DNA of 64,000 nt from an uncultured Microthrixaceae bacterium (GTDB taxonomy: Bacteria > Actinomycetota > Acidimicrobiia > Acidimicrobiales > DATDAH01). This document shows positions 1 to 9,759 of this stretch, piece by piece. The position numbers and the translations under genes are program-made. Each line of letters begins with the position of its first letter. The first letter of the stretch is position 1. Where the stretch lies: positions 994,581 to 1,058,580 of the forward strand of contig CAVRXU010000002.1 in NCBI GenBank assembly GCA_963725155.1. Reading direction: 5' to 3'. A model generated the notes under the pieces. The model was not told the origin of the DNA, searched no databases, and saw only the letters and a list, made by a program, of their open reading frames with translations.

Positions 1-1
1 C

Positions 2-1972
2 CTCCCCGGCAACCTCCCCGAGGACACCAACCCCCGGATCCGCTCCTACCCCACAGTGGTGGTGGACGCCGACGGCAACGAGATCGCCGAGTTCCGAGCC
101 TTCGAGCTGACCGTGCCCATCCGCTACCGGGACATCCCCGAGGTGGTGAAGGACGCGGTCATCGCCATCGAAGACCAGCGCTTCTGGGAGCACAAGGGCG
201 TCGACCCCGAGGGCCTCATCCGAGCCGCGCTGGTCAACTTCGAGCACGGCGAGGTCGTCCAGGGCGGCTCGACCATCACCCAGCAGTACGTCAAGAACAC
301 CTACACGACTGGCGAGCGCGACGTGGCCCGCAAGCTGCGGGAGGCCCTGATCGCCACCCGGCTCGAACGGCAGGTGAGCAAGGACGAGATCCTCTTCCGC
401 TACCTGAACACGACCTACTTCGGTGACGGTGCCTATGGCATCGGCGCCGCCGCCCAGTCGTACTTCGGCAAGCCGGTCGCCGACCTGACCCTGTCCGAGG
501 CCGCGCTCCTGGCGGGCGCCATCGCCTCGCCCGGCCGCTTCGGCCCCCGGGTCAACGCCGAGACGGCCGAGCGCCGGCGGCTCGTCGTCCTCCGGGCCAT
601 GCGGGACCAGGACCTGATCGGCCGCCACCAGTTCCTCGGTGCTCGCCGTCAGCACATCTGGTACGCCCCCCTCGGCCCCCCGCCGGGACCGGCGACGATC
701 GTCCAGCCCCCGCCCCGAGGCGGGGCCACCGCCTACCCCTACTTCGTGGACTACGTCCGTCGGGTCCTCGAGGAGCGCTACGGGCACCGCCAGCTCTACC
801 GGGGTGGCCTGCGCATCGAAACGACCCTGGACCCGGGCCTGCAGGCCCAGGCCGAGGCGTCGGTGGCCGAGACGCTGAGCGGCACCAGTGCCCCACTGGA
901 GATGTCCCTGGTGTCGGTCGAGCCGGCCACGGGCCATGTCCGCGCCCTGGTGGGCGGAAGGGATTTCGACGCCAGCCAGGTCAATCTCGCCCTCGGCGGC
1001 TCCGCGGGCATGCAGCCCGGCTCGTCGTTCAAGACCTTCGTGCTGGCCACGGCCCTGGAGCACGGGATCGACCCGGAGACGGTGTTCGACGCCCCGGCGG
1101 CCATGGACTTCCCCGGCTGTGACCCGACCTGCACGATCAACAACTACGACTTCGAGGACCACGGGTCCCTGACCCTTCGCGCCGCCACCCATCAGTCGAT
1201 CAACACGGTCTACGCCCAGCTCATCGACCGGCTCGGCCCGCAGGCCGTGGCCGAGATGGCCCAGCGCCTCGGCGTGTCGGCCATCGACCCGGCTCGGCCC
1301 TACGGCATCTCGCTGGCGCTGGGGGCCTACGAGGTCTCGCCGCTGGACATGGCCGCCGGCTACGCCACCCTGGCCAACCGGGGCCGGCGCCAGCACGTCA
1401 CGCCGATCCTGCGGGTGCTGGACCGTCATGGCAACGTGCTCGAGGACCACACGGCGCCCGAGGGGGAGCAGGTCATCGCCCCCGAGGTGGCCGACACCGT
1501 GTCCAACGTCCTGGAGGGCGTGATCGAGGGCGGCACGGGCGTGGCTGCCGACATCGGCCGGCCCGCGGCGGGCAAGACCGGCACGACGCAGGAGTACCGC
1601 GCCGCCTGGTTCGCCGGCTACACCCCCCAGTTGTCGACCGCGGTGTGGATGGGGTACAGCGACATCCCCCGCCCGCTGGTCGGGATCAAGGGTGTGGGCA
1701 GCGTGAGCGGGGGATCCTTCCCCGCCGAGACCTGGGGCCGCTACATGCGGGCGGCGATGGCCGACCAGCCGGTCGTGGCCTTCGTCCCGCCCGGCCCGCT
1801 GCCCGACGGCCCGCCCTACGGGACCGTCCCGACGCCCGTGGTCGAGGCTCCCGCGGCCCCGGCCCCCCCGCCCGCCCCGGTGCCCTTCGGGGCCAGCGCG
1901 GGCGAGCCGTTGCCCGCCGCCGTCATCCCCGACGACTGCGGCGGACCGTGCACACGAGATCTGGTCCCCTGA
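2..1972 (+). CDS. Class A penicillin-binding protein (transglycosylase/transpeptidase), 5' end outside window
   Basis: GT51 motifs EDQRFWEHKGVD, QGGSTITQQYVK, RKLRE; transpeptidase SxxK (GSSFK), SxN (SIN), KTG (GKTGT); Pro-rich tail. Confidence 0.95.
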   Translation, partial: LPGNLPEDTNPRIRSYPTVVVDADGNEIAEFRAFELTVPIRYRDIPEVVKDAVIAIEDQRFWEHKGVDPEGLIRAALVNFEHGEVVQGGSTITQQYVKNTYTTGERDVARKLREALIATRLERQVSKDEILFRYLNTTYFGDGAYGIGAAAQSYFGKPVADLTLSEAALLAGAIASPGRFGPRVNAETAERRRLVVLRAMRDQDLIGRHQFLGARRQHIWYAPLGPPPGPATIVQPPPRGGATAYPYFVDYVRRVLEERYGHRQLYRGGLRIETTLDPGLQAQAEASVAETLSGTSAPLEMSLVSVEPATGHVRALVGGRDFDASQVNLALGGSAGMQPGSSFKTFVLATALEHGIDPETVFDAPAAMDFPGCDPTCTINNYDFEDHGSLTLRAATHQSINTVYAQLIDRLGPQAVAEMAQRLGVSAIDPARPYGISLALGAYEVSPLDMAAGYATLANRGRRQHVTPILRVLDRHGNVLEDHTAPEGEQVIAPEVADTVSNVLEGVIEGGTGVAADIGRPAAGKTGTTQEYRAAWFAGYTPQLSTAVWMGYSDIPRPLVGIKGVGSVSGGSFPAETWGRYMRAAMADQPVVAFVPPGPLPDGPPYGTVPTPVVEAPAAPAPPPAPVPFGASAGEPLPAAVIPDDCGGPCTRDLVP

Positions 1973-1983
1973 CCGGGAAGGAC

Positions 1984-3204
1984 ATGGCGATGCGACGAGA
2001 AGACCTGGGAGCCACGACGGACGATCCGCCGACGTTGGCGGACGCCCTCCGGGTGCCCGACCTCGAGGACGAGGACCTGATCCAGACCTTGTGGGACGAC
2101 CTGGCCACCGAGGTGCCGGTCGTCGAGCCGTCGGCGGAACCGCGGACGGAGTCCTTCGTGCTGCCCGCGGCGGAGCCCCTCACCGTCACCGAGGACGAGC
2201 CCGACGGGACCGACGCCGAGCCCTACGTCCCCGACGTCGAGGCCCCGCTCACCCGCCGCCAGGCCAAGCGGCGGCGCCGTGAGCTGAAGGAACTGAAGCG
2301 GATCGAGAAGCTGAGGCTGCGCCGCCACCGGATCCTGCCCCGCACCGTGATCGGGATCTCCACGATGCTGCTCTTCTTCGGCCTCGGGATCGGCGTGGCC
2401 GGCGCGATCCTCTACGCCTACTACGACTGGCGCCTGTCCGAGAACGAGCAGCGGGTGGGCGAGCTGTCGGCGGGCCTCGAGCGACGCCTGCTGCAGGCCA
2501 ACGAGGAGTTGAACCTGTCCAGCGAGAACGCCGTGCAGGCCATCCGGCGCGAGGCCCGACCCCTGCGGGCGTTGCTCGAAGAGGAGCGCGTCGTCGGCAA
2601 CCTGACCGGTCGTCTCGACGGCTCGGTCTGGTTCGTCGAGACCCTCGATGAGAACGGTGCGCCCGCCGTCGGCTCGGCCTTCGTGGCCGCCTCTGACGAC
2701 ACCCAGTCGCTCCTGGTCACCTCGTTCGGGGCGGTGGCCGCGGCGACGACGGAGCCGGCGCCCACCATCGGCGTCCGGTCCGGGGACGAGACCCTGGAGG
2801 CCACCCTCTACAACTGGGACCCCGCGCACGACCTGGCCCTGCTCATCCTCCCCCGCGGGGGCCTCGAGCCGCTGCCGTGGGCCGACGACGACGCACTGGC
2901 CCACATCGTGGGGGCGCGGGTGTGGGCGGCCGAGGGCATCGGGGGCAACGGCGTGAGCGTGAGCTCGGGCTCGGTGATCGACTCGTCCGCGGTCGGCCTC
3001 CAGCACACCGCGCCCCTGAACCAGGCGTTCCGGGGCGGCCCGCTGGTGAACGGACGGGGCGAGGTCGTGGGCATCGCGTCCACCGGCTACGCCCCGCTCA
3101 ACTACGCCGGCGGCGACGTGAGCTTCGGCGTCCCCGTCCAGGCCGCCTGCGAGCGCATCCTCAACTGCACCGGCGACGTGCCCGGCCTCGGCGATGACGG
3201 TTGA
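1984..3204 (+). CDS. Membrane-anchored trypsin/HtrA-like protease homologue, catalytic residues degenerate
   Basis: Acidic N-terminus, one TM, coiled coil, then GSAFV..LLVT..HDLALL..GGPLVNGRGEVVGI; His and Ser positions replaced. Confidence 0.75.
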   Translation: MAMRREDLGATTDDPPTLADALRVPDLEDEDLIQTLWDDLATEVPVVEPSAEPRTESFVLPAAEPLTVTEDEPDGTDAEPYVPDVEAPLTRRQAKRRRRELKELKRIEKLRLRRHRILPRTVIGISTMLLFFGLGIGVAGAILYAYYDWRLSENEQRVGELSAGLERRLLQANEELNLSSENAVQAIRREARPLRALLEEERVVGNLTGRLDGSVWFVETLDENGAPAVGSAFVAASDDTQSLLVTSFGAVAAATTEPAPTIGVRSGDETLEATLYNWDPAHDLALLILPRGGLEPLPWADDDALAHIVGARVWAAEGIGGNGVSVSSGSVIDSSAVGLQHTAPLNQAFRGGPLVNGRGEVVGIASTGYAPLNYAGGDVSFGVPVQAACERILNCTGDVPGLGDDG

Positions 3205-3211
3205 ACGGGGG

Positions 3212-4774
3212 TCAGGACTTCTTGAGCATCGAGAAGACGCCGCGGGCGATGGTGTTGAGCATGCTCCGGCCCTCGCGGCTCTTGAGGTAGTCGGTCACCG
3301 CGCTGGTGTCCGGCGCGTCGTGGCCGGACGCCTTCTTCTCGATGGCCTTGGCCGCCTTCTTGGGCTTGTCCGCACTCGCCGGGGCCGCCGGCGCCGTCGT
3401 GGAGGGCGGGGTGACGCCCATCTTGGCGGCCAGCAGCTCCGTGGCCGACTCACGGTCGATCTCGATGGCGTAGGTCGGCCACAGCGGCGACGCTTCGGCC
3501 GCCGCGGTCACGACGGCCGGGTCGAGGGCGCCCAGGAAGCTCGACGGGGGCAGCATCTTGGTCCACACCACCGGGGTCGGGGCCCCCTTCTCGGAGAGGA
3601 TGGTGACGATCGCCTCACCCGTACCCAGCTCGGTGAACGCCTTCTCGAGGTCGTAGTCCTCGGTCGTCGGGTACGTGGACACGGCGGCCTTCAGGGCTTT
3701 GGCGTCCCGGGGGGTGTGAGCCCTGAGGGCGTGCTGGACCCGGTTGCCGAGCTGGGCCAGGACGACCTCGGGGACGTCGTCGGGGAGCTGGGTGACGAAG
3801 AAGACGCCGACGCCCTTGGAGCGGATCAGGCGCACGGTCTGGGCCACCTGGTCGAGGAACTCGTCGCTGGCGTCGTCGAAGAGGAGGTGGGCCTCGTCGA
3901 AGAAGAAGACGAGCTTGGGCTGGTCGAGGTCGCCGACCTCGGGCAGGGTCTCGAACAGCGACGCCAGCAGCCACATGATGAACGTGGAGAAGAGCTTCGG
4001 TCGGTCCTGGACTGCCGGGAGCTCGAGGCAGCTGATGACGCCCCGCTCCCCTTGGAGGCGGAGCAGGTCGGTCACCGCGAACTCGGGCTCGCCGAAGAAG
4101 GCGTCGCCGCCCTGGCCCTCCAGCTCGCTGATCGAGCGCAGCAGGACGCCGGCGGTGGCCGAGGACACGCCCCCGATGGCCTTCAGGTCCGCCTTGCCCT
4201 CGTCCCCGGTCAGGTAGTGCAGGACGGTGCGCAGGTCGGCCAGGTCGAGCAGGGGCAGGCCGTGCTCGTCGGCGTAACGGAAGACCAGGGCGAGGGACGA
4301 GCGCTGGGTCTCGTTGGCGCCGAGCACTTTGGCCAGGAGCTCGGGACCGAAGGCCGACACGGGGGCCCGGACGGGCACACCCGGGCCCACCCCCCCGAGC
4401 GAGAGGAAGGCGGTCGGACTGCCGTTGGGCGTCCACTCGATGCCCAGCTCGGCGGCCCGCCCGGTCAACCGGTCGTTCGGTTCCGCGGGGTGGGCGATGC
4501 CGCTGAGGTCGCCCTTCATGTCGGCCGCGAACACCGGTACGCCGATGGCCGACAGCTGTTCGGCCATGACCTGCAGGGTGACCGTCTTGCCCGTCCCCGT
4601 GGCGCCGGCGATCAGGCCGTGGCGGTTGCACATGGCCGCCGGGATCTGGACCACGGCGTCAGGATGGGTGGTGCCGTCGAGCATGCCCCGGCCCAGTCCG
4701 ACCACCGCCCCCGCCGCGGCGTAGCCCTGCGTGATCCGGGCGGCGAAATCGGACGGGACGGTCGCGTCGGCCAT
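3212..4774 (-). CDS. DUF853/YjgR-type HerA-like ATPase
   Basis: NRHGLIAGATGTGKT, DMKGDLSG, FFDEAH, RSKGVG, QLGNRVQHALRA; start at MADATV. Confidence 0.9.
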   Translation of the reverse strand: MADATVPSDFAARITQGYAAAGAVVGLGRGMLDGTTHPDAVVQIPAAMCNRHGLIAGATGTGKTVTLQVMAEQLSAIGVPVFAADMKGDLSGIAHPAEPNDRLTGRAAELGIEWTPNGSPTAFLSLGGVGPGVPVRAPVSAFGPELLAKVLGANETQRSSLALVFRYADEHGLPLLDLADLRTVLHYLTGDEGKADLKAIGGVSSATAGVLLRSISELEGQGGDAFFGEPEFAVTDLLRLQGERGVISCLELPAVQDRPKLFSTFIMWLLASLFETLPEVGDLDQPKLVFFFDEAHLLFDDASDEFLDQVAQTVRLIRSKGVGVFFVTQLPDDVPEVVLAQLGNRVQHALRAHTPRDAKALKAAVSTYPTTEDYDLEKAFTELGTGEAIVTILSEKGAPTPVVWTKMLPPSSFLGALDPAVVTAAAEASPLWPTYAIEIDRESATELLAAKMGVTPPSTTAPAAPASADKPKKAAKAIEKKASGHDAPDTSAVTDYLKSREGRSMLNTIARGVFSMLKKS

Positions 4775-4902
4775 GGTCCCAGCGATCGTAGGGTCCGCGC
4801 CATCCCGTGTCCCGTTCGCAATCCCGGGCCCTCGTCCCGCCCCTGCACACGCTCCGTGCACGTGCAACCGCGTGACGTGGTCAATGGGTTAGACTTTCCC
4901 TC

Positions 4903-6783
4903 ATGACCCACGTCGCCGGGGTCGCCTCCCCTCGCCAGGGGGCCCGCCCGTTCACCGTGGCCGTCGCCGTGACGGTCGTGTTCATGATCCTCAGCGCGGT
5001 CGCGGCCCTGGGCTGGCGCAGTCAGCTCCAGGGCAAGGGCCGCGAGCAGTTCGCCGTGGACGCCACCGCGGCCCAGCAGGTCGTCGCCCAGAGCCTGCTG
5101 AGCACGGTCGATGTCCTCCAGAACACCCGGACCACCGTCGACGGCAACCCCTCGGCCCTCACCTCGGAGGCGTTCGACGAGACCGTGTCCGCCGCCCTGC
5201 CCCCCGACCTCTCGTCGCTGGCCTCGGTGGCCCTGGTCGAGCGGGTGGCCGAGGGCGACATCAACCAACTGCAGGCCGACCGGGTCGCCGCCGGGCTGGC
5301 CGACTTCGAGGTGCACTCCGTCGAAGCGGGTGGGGCGCCCCCCGCCATCGCCACCTTCGAGGCCACCCTGGCCGCACCGATCCTGTCCGGCTACGACCTC
5401 CGCGCCATACCGGCTCTGGCCGCGGCTCTCGCCCCCGGCGCGAATCGGAATGGCGAGATCAGCACCCGCCTGGAGGCCCTGCCCCAGGAGGTCCTCGACC
5501 TGCACCCCGAGCTCGGCAAGTCCGCGTTCGCTGTGGTCCTCCCGGCCGGACGCGATGCGTGGGTCCTGGCCCTGCTGTCCGGCGACCAGCTGGCCGCGCA
5601 GGCCGCTGACGTCGACGACGAGCTGGATGTGGCCCTCGCCGTCGGTGGTTCCCCCGTAGGCGCCTCCACCGCCCGGGCTGACGGTCGCGCCGTCGACCTG
5701 GATGCCGTGCCCTCCGACGCCCGCACGGTCAGGCCGATCGGGGACGGCCCGCTGGAGGTCACGGTGGCCGACCTCGACGGCCTCACGGGTGGGGGCTGGC
5801 GGGAGCCGGGCCTGCTCCTCGGCGCCGGGATGGCCCTGAGCATCCTCGTCGGCGCTCTGGTCCTGGTCCTGGCCCGCGGCCGGGCCGGCGCCCTCCGGGT
5901 CGCCTCGGAGGCCCAGCTGGCCCGAGACCGCACCGAGGAGAACTTTCGGGCGGTCGTCCAGCACCTGTCCGACCTGGTCATCGTCACCGATGCGTCCACC
6001 ATGATCAGCTTCGTCACCCCGTCGGTCACCCGCCTCCTGGGCCGTGAGGCCACCTCACTGCCGGGCGGCTTCCTCGGCGACCTGGTCCATCCCGACGACC
6101 GCTCGCTGCTGGCCGCGTTGACGTCACGGACAGGCGTCTCCGAGAAGGGCCTGATCCGCTTCCGGCACAGCGACGGTTCGCACCGCAGCTTCGAAGTGGT
6201 GGTCGCCAATCGCCTCGACGACCCGGCCATCGGTGGCCTGGTCCTCACCGCGCACGACGTGACCGATCGGGTCAAGCTCGAAGACCGGCTGGCCCACGAG
6301 GCCACCCACGACGACCTCACCGGGCTGCCCAACCGGGCCCTCATCCACGACCGGCTCGAGCACGCGCTCGTGCGGGCCAGTCGCACCGGGGGCCGCGTGG
6401 CGGTGGTCTTCGGTGACCTCGACAGCTTCAAGCCGGTCAACGACCAGTACGGCCACCTCGTGGGTGACCGCCTGCTGCAGGGGGTGGCCCGCCGCATGCG
6501 GGGGGCGGCCCGGGCGATGGACACCGTGGGCCGCTACGGCGGCGACGAGTTCGTGGTCGTCTGTGAGGAGCTGGAGGACGAAGCGGGGGCCCGCCTGGCC
6601 GCCGAGCGCCTCCATCAGGAGGTGGCCCGGCCCCTCGACGTCGATCTCACCCACCTCGATGTGGCCATGAGCCTGGGGGTGGCGCTGGCCGAGCCCGGCG
6701 AGAGCGCCGAGTCGGTCATGCACCGCGCCGATCAGGCCATGTACCGGGCCAAGGCCGAGCGCCGCATCTGGTTCGCCGCCTGA
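4903..6783 (+). CDS. Membrane sensor diguanylate cyclase (extracytoplasmic sensor-PAS-GGDEF)
   Basis: Two TMs flanking a sensor domain, PAS (VHPDD), HDDLTGLPNR, DLDSFKPVND, intact RYGGDEF. Confidence 0.92.
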   Translation: MTHVAGVASPRQGARPFTVAVAVTVVFMILSAVAALGWRSQLQGKGREQFAVDATAAQQVVAQSLLSTVDVLQNTRTTVDGNPSALTSEAFDETVSAALPPDLSSLASVALVERVAEGDINQLQADRVAAGLADFEVHSVEAGGAPPAIATFEATLAAPILSGYDLRAIPALAAALAPGANRNGEISTRLEALPQEVLDLHPELGKSAFAVVLPAGRDAWVLALLSGDQLAAQAADVDDELDVALAVGGSPVGASTARADGRAVDLDAVPSDARTVRPIGDGPLEVTVADLDGLTGGGWREPGLLLGAGMALSILVGALVLVLARGRAGALRVASEAQLARDRTEENFRAVVQHLSDLVIVTDASTMISFVTPSVTRLLGREATSLPGGFLGDLVHPDDRSLLAALTSRTGVSEKGLIRFRHSDGSHRSFEVVVANRLDDPAIGGLVLTAHDVTDRVKLEDRLAHEATHDDLTGLPNRALIHDRLEHALVRASRTGGRVAVVFGDLDSFKPVNDQYGHLVGDRLLQGVARRMRGAARAMDTVGRYGGDEFVVVCEELEDEAGARLAAERLHQEVARPLDVDLTHLDVAMSLGVALAEPGESAESVMHRADQAMYRAKAERRIWFAA

Positions 6784-6806
6784 TCCCCTCCCGGCCCCGA
6801 TCTGGT

Positions 6807-7100
6807 GGCCGGATGTCGTGCCCGGGCACGGGTAGGGACCATCGGCACCATGGCCCATCCGTTCATCTGGCCGGATGTGGTGCCCGGGCACGCGTCGGAG
6901 CCGTCGGAACCATCGCCCGTCCGTTGCGCCGGCCGGATGTGGGGTCCGGCACGCGTAGGAGGCACCGGAACCATCGCCCGTCCGTTGCGCTGGGGGTCCG
7001 GCACGCGTAGGAGGCACCGGATCTTGGTCCGGGCGCGCGCCGGAGCCACGGCACCCGGTGCTGTCCGTTCGGTGGCCGGATGGGATGCCCGGCTACGCGC
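6807..7100. repeat. Degenerate ~60-62 bp tandem repeat array with internal palindromes
   Basis: Units starting ggccggatg at 6807, 6869, 6931, with partial units at ~6991 and ~7074; shared ggcacgcgtagga and accatcgcccgtccgtt. Confidence 0.8.
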
Positions 7101-7109
7101 TGGTGACGG

Positions 7110-7865
7110 TCAGTCCTCGGGGTGTTCGAGGTTGCTGACGACCACCGAGGCGGTGAGGGTCAAGCCGATGCCGGCGGCGATGCCGAGCAGCACCGCCAGC
7201 CAGAGGGGCCGGGTGTCCGGGGAGTCGGGCGCGGACGGCATCAGGTAGGTCCGCCCGTCGATGGACACCAATTCGGTGTGGGGCGGCTCCGCCACCTCGT
7301 CGCGCCCGTCGGACCCGCCGGCGTCGTCGCCACTCGGCGGAGGGGCGCCGGAGTCGGGCCCGGCGTCGTCGGTCCCATCGGTGGGGCCTACGGCGGCCGG
7401 CTGGTCGTCGTTCTCGCCGGGCGGAGGTGGGGGCACGATCGTCGTGGTCGTGGTCGTGGACTGGATCGGGGGCTCGGTGGTCGACGGCGGCGGCGGGGGC
7501 GGGGCCGTCGTGGTCGTGGACTGGATCGGGGGCTCAGTGGTGGACGTCGGCGGCGGGGGCGGGGCCGTCGTCGTCGGCACGGTGGTGTCGGGGACGGTCG
7601 TGTCGGGCACCGTGGTGTCCGGGACGGTGGTGTCGGGCACCGTGGTGTCAGGGACCGTGGTGTCAGGGACGGTGGTGTCGGGCACCGTGGTGTCCGGGAC
7701 GGTGGTGTCGGGCACGGTGGTGTCGGGCGCGGTGACGGGGACCGTCGTGGGGGGGCCGTGCGGTTTGTGCTCGGAGGGTTGGGCGGCCGCGGCGGTGCCG
7801 ACGAAGGTGCCGGCGACGGCGATCACGACCAGGACCCACCGCGGGGGGCGGCTTCGGCGGGGCAT
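7110..7865 (-). CDS. Pro/Thr-rich surface protein with signal peptide and C-terminal TM anchor
   Basis: Hydrophobic N-terminus ending AAAAQ, (PDTTV)x10, C-terminal hydrophobic helix; TATGGT-N6-ATG leaderless promoter. Confidence 0.75.
   Translation of the reverse strand: MPRRSRPPRWVLVVIAVAGTFVGTAAAAQPSEHKPHGPPTTVPVTAPDTTVPDTTVPDTTVPDTTVPDTTVPDTTVPDTTVPDTTVPDTTVPDTTVPTTTAPPPPPTSTTEPPIQSTTTTAPPPPPPSTTEPPIQSTTTTTTIVPPPPPGENDDQPAAVGPTDGTDDAGPDSGAPPPSGDDAGGSDGRDEVAEPPHTELVSIDGRTYLMPSAPDSPDTRPLWLAVLLGIAAGIGLTLTASVVVSNLEHPED
7447..7728. repeat. Coding repeats: 60-bp duplication (7447-7566) and 10 x 15-bp units (7576-7728)
   Basis: Repeats visible directly; encode APPPPP.STTEPPIQSTTTT x2 and PDTTV x10. 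Confidence 0.9.
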
Positions 7866-7990
7866 GACTCCACCATACTCCCTTTGAGCACGGGAAGTAA
7901 CCACCCAACCACAGAGCGTGAGAGCGGTCGACAGAAGACCGCAAAGAGTGGCGAGAAGACCACCGATCGTCGCTCGAGGCGTCCGGGGAG

Positions 7991-9670
7991 TCAGTTGAAC
8001 AACCTACTTCGGCGCGGGAACGTCCTCGTGGCAGCCAGATCGGGGACGACGACGGGCTCGGCCCGGGCCGCCTCGCCGGGCGCCTGCTGGGCCAGCAGGG
8101 GGGACGGCATCGGCGCGGCGCCGACCGGAGCGCGGGCGGACCGGGCCAGGTCGCCGTAGATCAGCTCGTCGATCTGGCCCGGGCTGACCGGCTCGCTGAA
8201 GAAACGGCCGAGGGCGTTGTCGACGCCGAGGCGGCAGAGGTGCTCGGCCTGGTCCTCGGCCTGCACCGCCTTGGCCACCGTGACGATGCCCAACTCGCGG
8301 CACAGCGCGGTCAGGTGACGGACGACGGCCATGTCCTCGGCGGAGGCCATGACCGTCTCGATGAAGCTGTGGTCGATCTTGACCTGGTCCAGCTGGAAGC
8401 GTCGGAGCGTGGCCAGCGACGAGTTGGCCGCGCCGAGGTCGTCGAGCGACACGGCGACGCCGAGGTCCTTGGTGCGGCGCAGGACCGACCAGAGGTCCTC
8501 GCGCTGGTCGGCCAGGCTGCGCTCGTTGACCTCGAGGATGACCCGGCTGGGGTCGGTGTCGGCGTCGTCGAGGGCGTTGGCGATCAGCTCGTTGAAGTCG
8601 GCCTGGAGGAGCTGGCGGCGGGAGAGGTTGGCCGTCACCCGGACGGGGCGGTGGCTGGGGAAGGTCCGGGCCCAGTAGGTGGCCTGACGGCACACCTCCT
8701 GGACGACCCAGGAGCCGACGGGAACGATGATGCCGGTCTGTTCCATCGCCGTGAGGAACTCGTCGGGCGCCACCATGCCCCGGCTCTCGTCGATCCAGCG
8801 CAGCAGGGCCTCGACCTCGACGACCTCACCGGTGGTGAGCGAGAACACCGGCAGGTAGGTGACCTGGAAGTCGCCCCGCTCCAGTGCGGTGCGCAGCCGG
8901 TGTTCCGCAGTAGCGGGGGTCAGGGCCTCGACCAGGGACTGCTCGAAGCGGACCAGCACGCCGGCACCGGTGGTGGTGGCCCGGTAGGTGGCCACCTCGG
9001 CGTCGCGCAGCATGTCGTCGGCGTTGGTCGGGCGCCCACCGGCGACGGCGAGGCCCATGCAGACCGGGACCCGCAACCGCTCGCCGTCGACCTCGTAGGG
9101 GTTGGACAGCAGGTCCATCATGGTCTCGGCCAGCTCTTCGGCCGCACGGGTGCCGGCGAGGTCGGGACGGACCACGGCGATGTCGGTGCCACCCGCCCGG
9201 AACACCTGGTCCTTGGCCAGCAGGCAGGAGCGGGCTCGGGCGACCAGAGCCCTGAGCAGCTCGTCACCCACTTCGCGGCCGTGGCTCTCGTTGATCCGGT
9301 CGATGCCCTCGGCGTGGATGACCAGGAGGGCGGTGTGGGACTGGATCTCGTTGGCGCGGTGGAGGTGGTGCTCCAGCCACGTGCGCAGCGCCCGGACGTT
9401 GCGCAGCCCGGTCAGGGGATCGCGGGTCTCCATGTCCTGGACCCGGGCCTCCAAGCGGTGGATGGAGCGGTGGGCGGTGACGAGGTAGATGCCGCTGGTC
9501 GTGGCGAAGCCGATGCCGGCGCCGATGGCCGCGCCGGCGAGGCTGCCGGTGAGGGCGGTGCCGAGCCCCAGGGCGATGCCGGCAATGGCGCCGAGGACAC
9601 CGACCCCGACGGAGCGCAGCAGGTAGCCCAGTGCACCCGCGTCCTGCTTCTGCCGGCTGGCTGCGCTCAT
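7991..9670 (-). CDS. Membrane GGDEF(degenerate)-EAL c-di-GMP phosphodiesterase
   Basis: Two N-terminal TMs, DPLTGL, GGTDI in place of GGDEF, EALLRW, DDLG, KIDHSF. Confidence 0.9.
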   Translation of the reverse strand: MSAASRQKQDAGALGYLLRSVGVGVLGAIAGIALGLGTALTGSLAGAAIGAGIGFATTSGIYLVTAHRSIHRLEARVQDMETRDPLTGLRNVRALRTWLEHHLHRANEIQSHTALLVIHAEGIDRINESHGREVGDELLRALVARARSCLLAKDQVFRAGGTDIAVVRPDLAGTRAAEELAETMMDLLSNPYEVDGERLRVPVCMGLAVAGGRPTNADDMLRDAEVATYRATTTGAGVLVRFEQSLVEALTPATAEHRLRTALERGDFQVTYLPVFSLTTGEVVEVEALLRWIDESRGMVAPDEFLTAMEQTGIIVPVGSWVVQEVCRQATYWARTFPSHRPVRVTANLSRRQLLQADFNELIANALDDADTDPSRVILEVNERSLADQREDLWSVLRRTKDLGVAVSLDDLGAANSSLATLRRFQLDQVKIDHSFIETVMASAEDMAVVRHLTALCRELGIVTVAKAVQAEDQAEHLCRLGVDNALGRFFSEPVSPGQIDELIYGDLARSARAPVGAAPMPSPLLAQQAPGEAARAEPVVVPDLAATRTFPRRSRLFN

Positions 9671-9759
9671 GTCTCTGCCCCGCGTCGCGTCGAAGAACTC
9701 CGTTGCTCCATCGGAGCGGGCGGCGACGATGTGAGGGCCGGGAGACGGCCCCGGCCGAC

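Noticed and set aside
6807-7100. CRISPR array
   Set aside because: Units are degenerate along their whole length, have no unique spacers, and there are no cas genes
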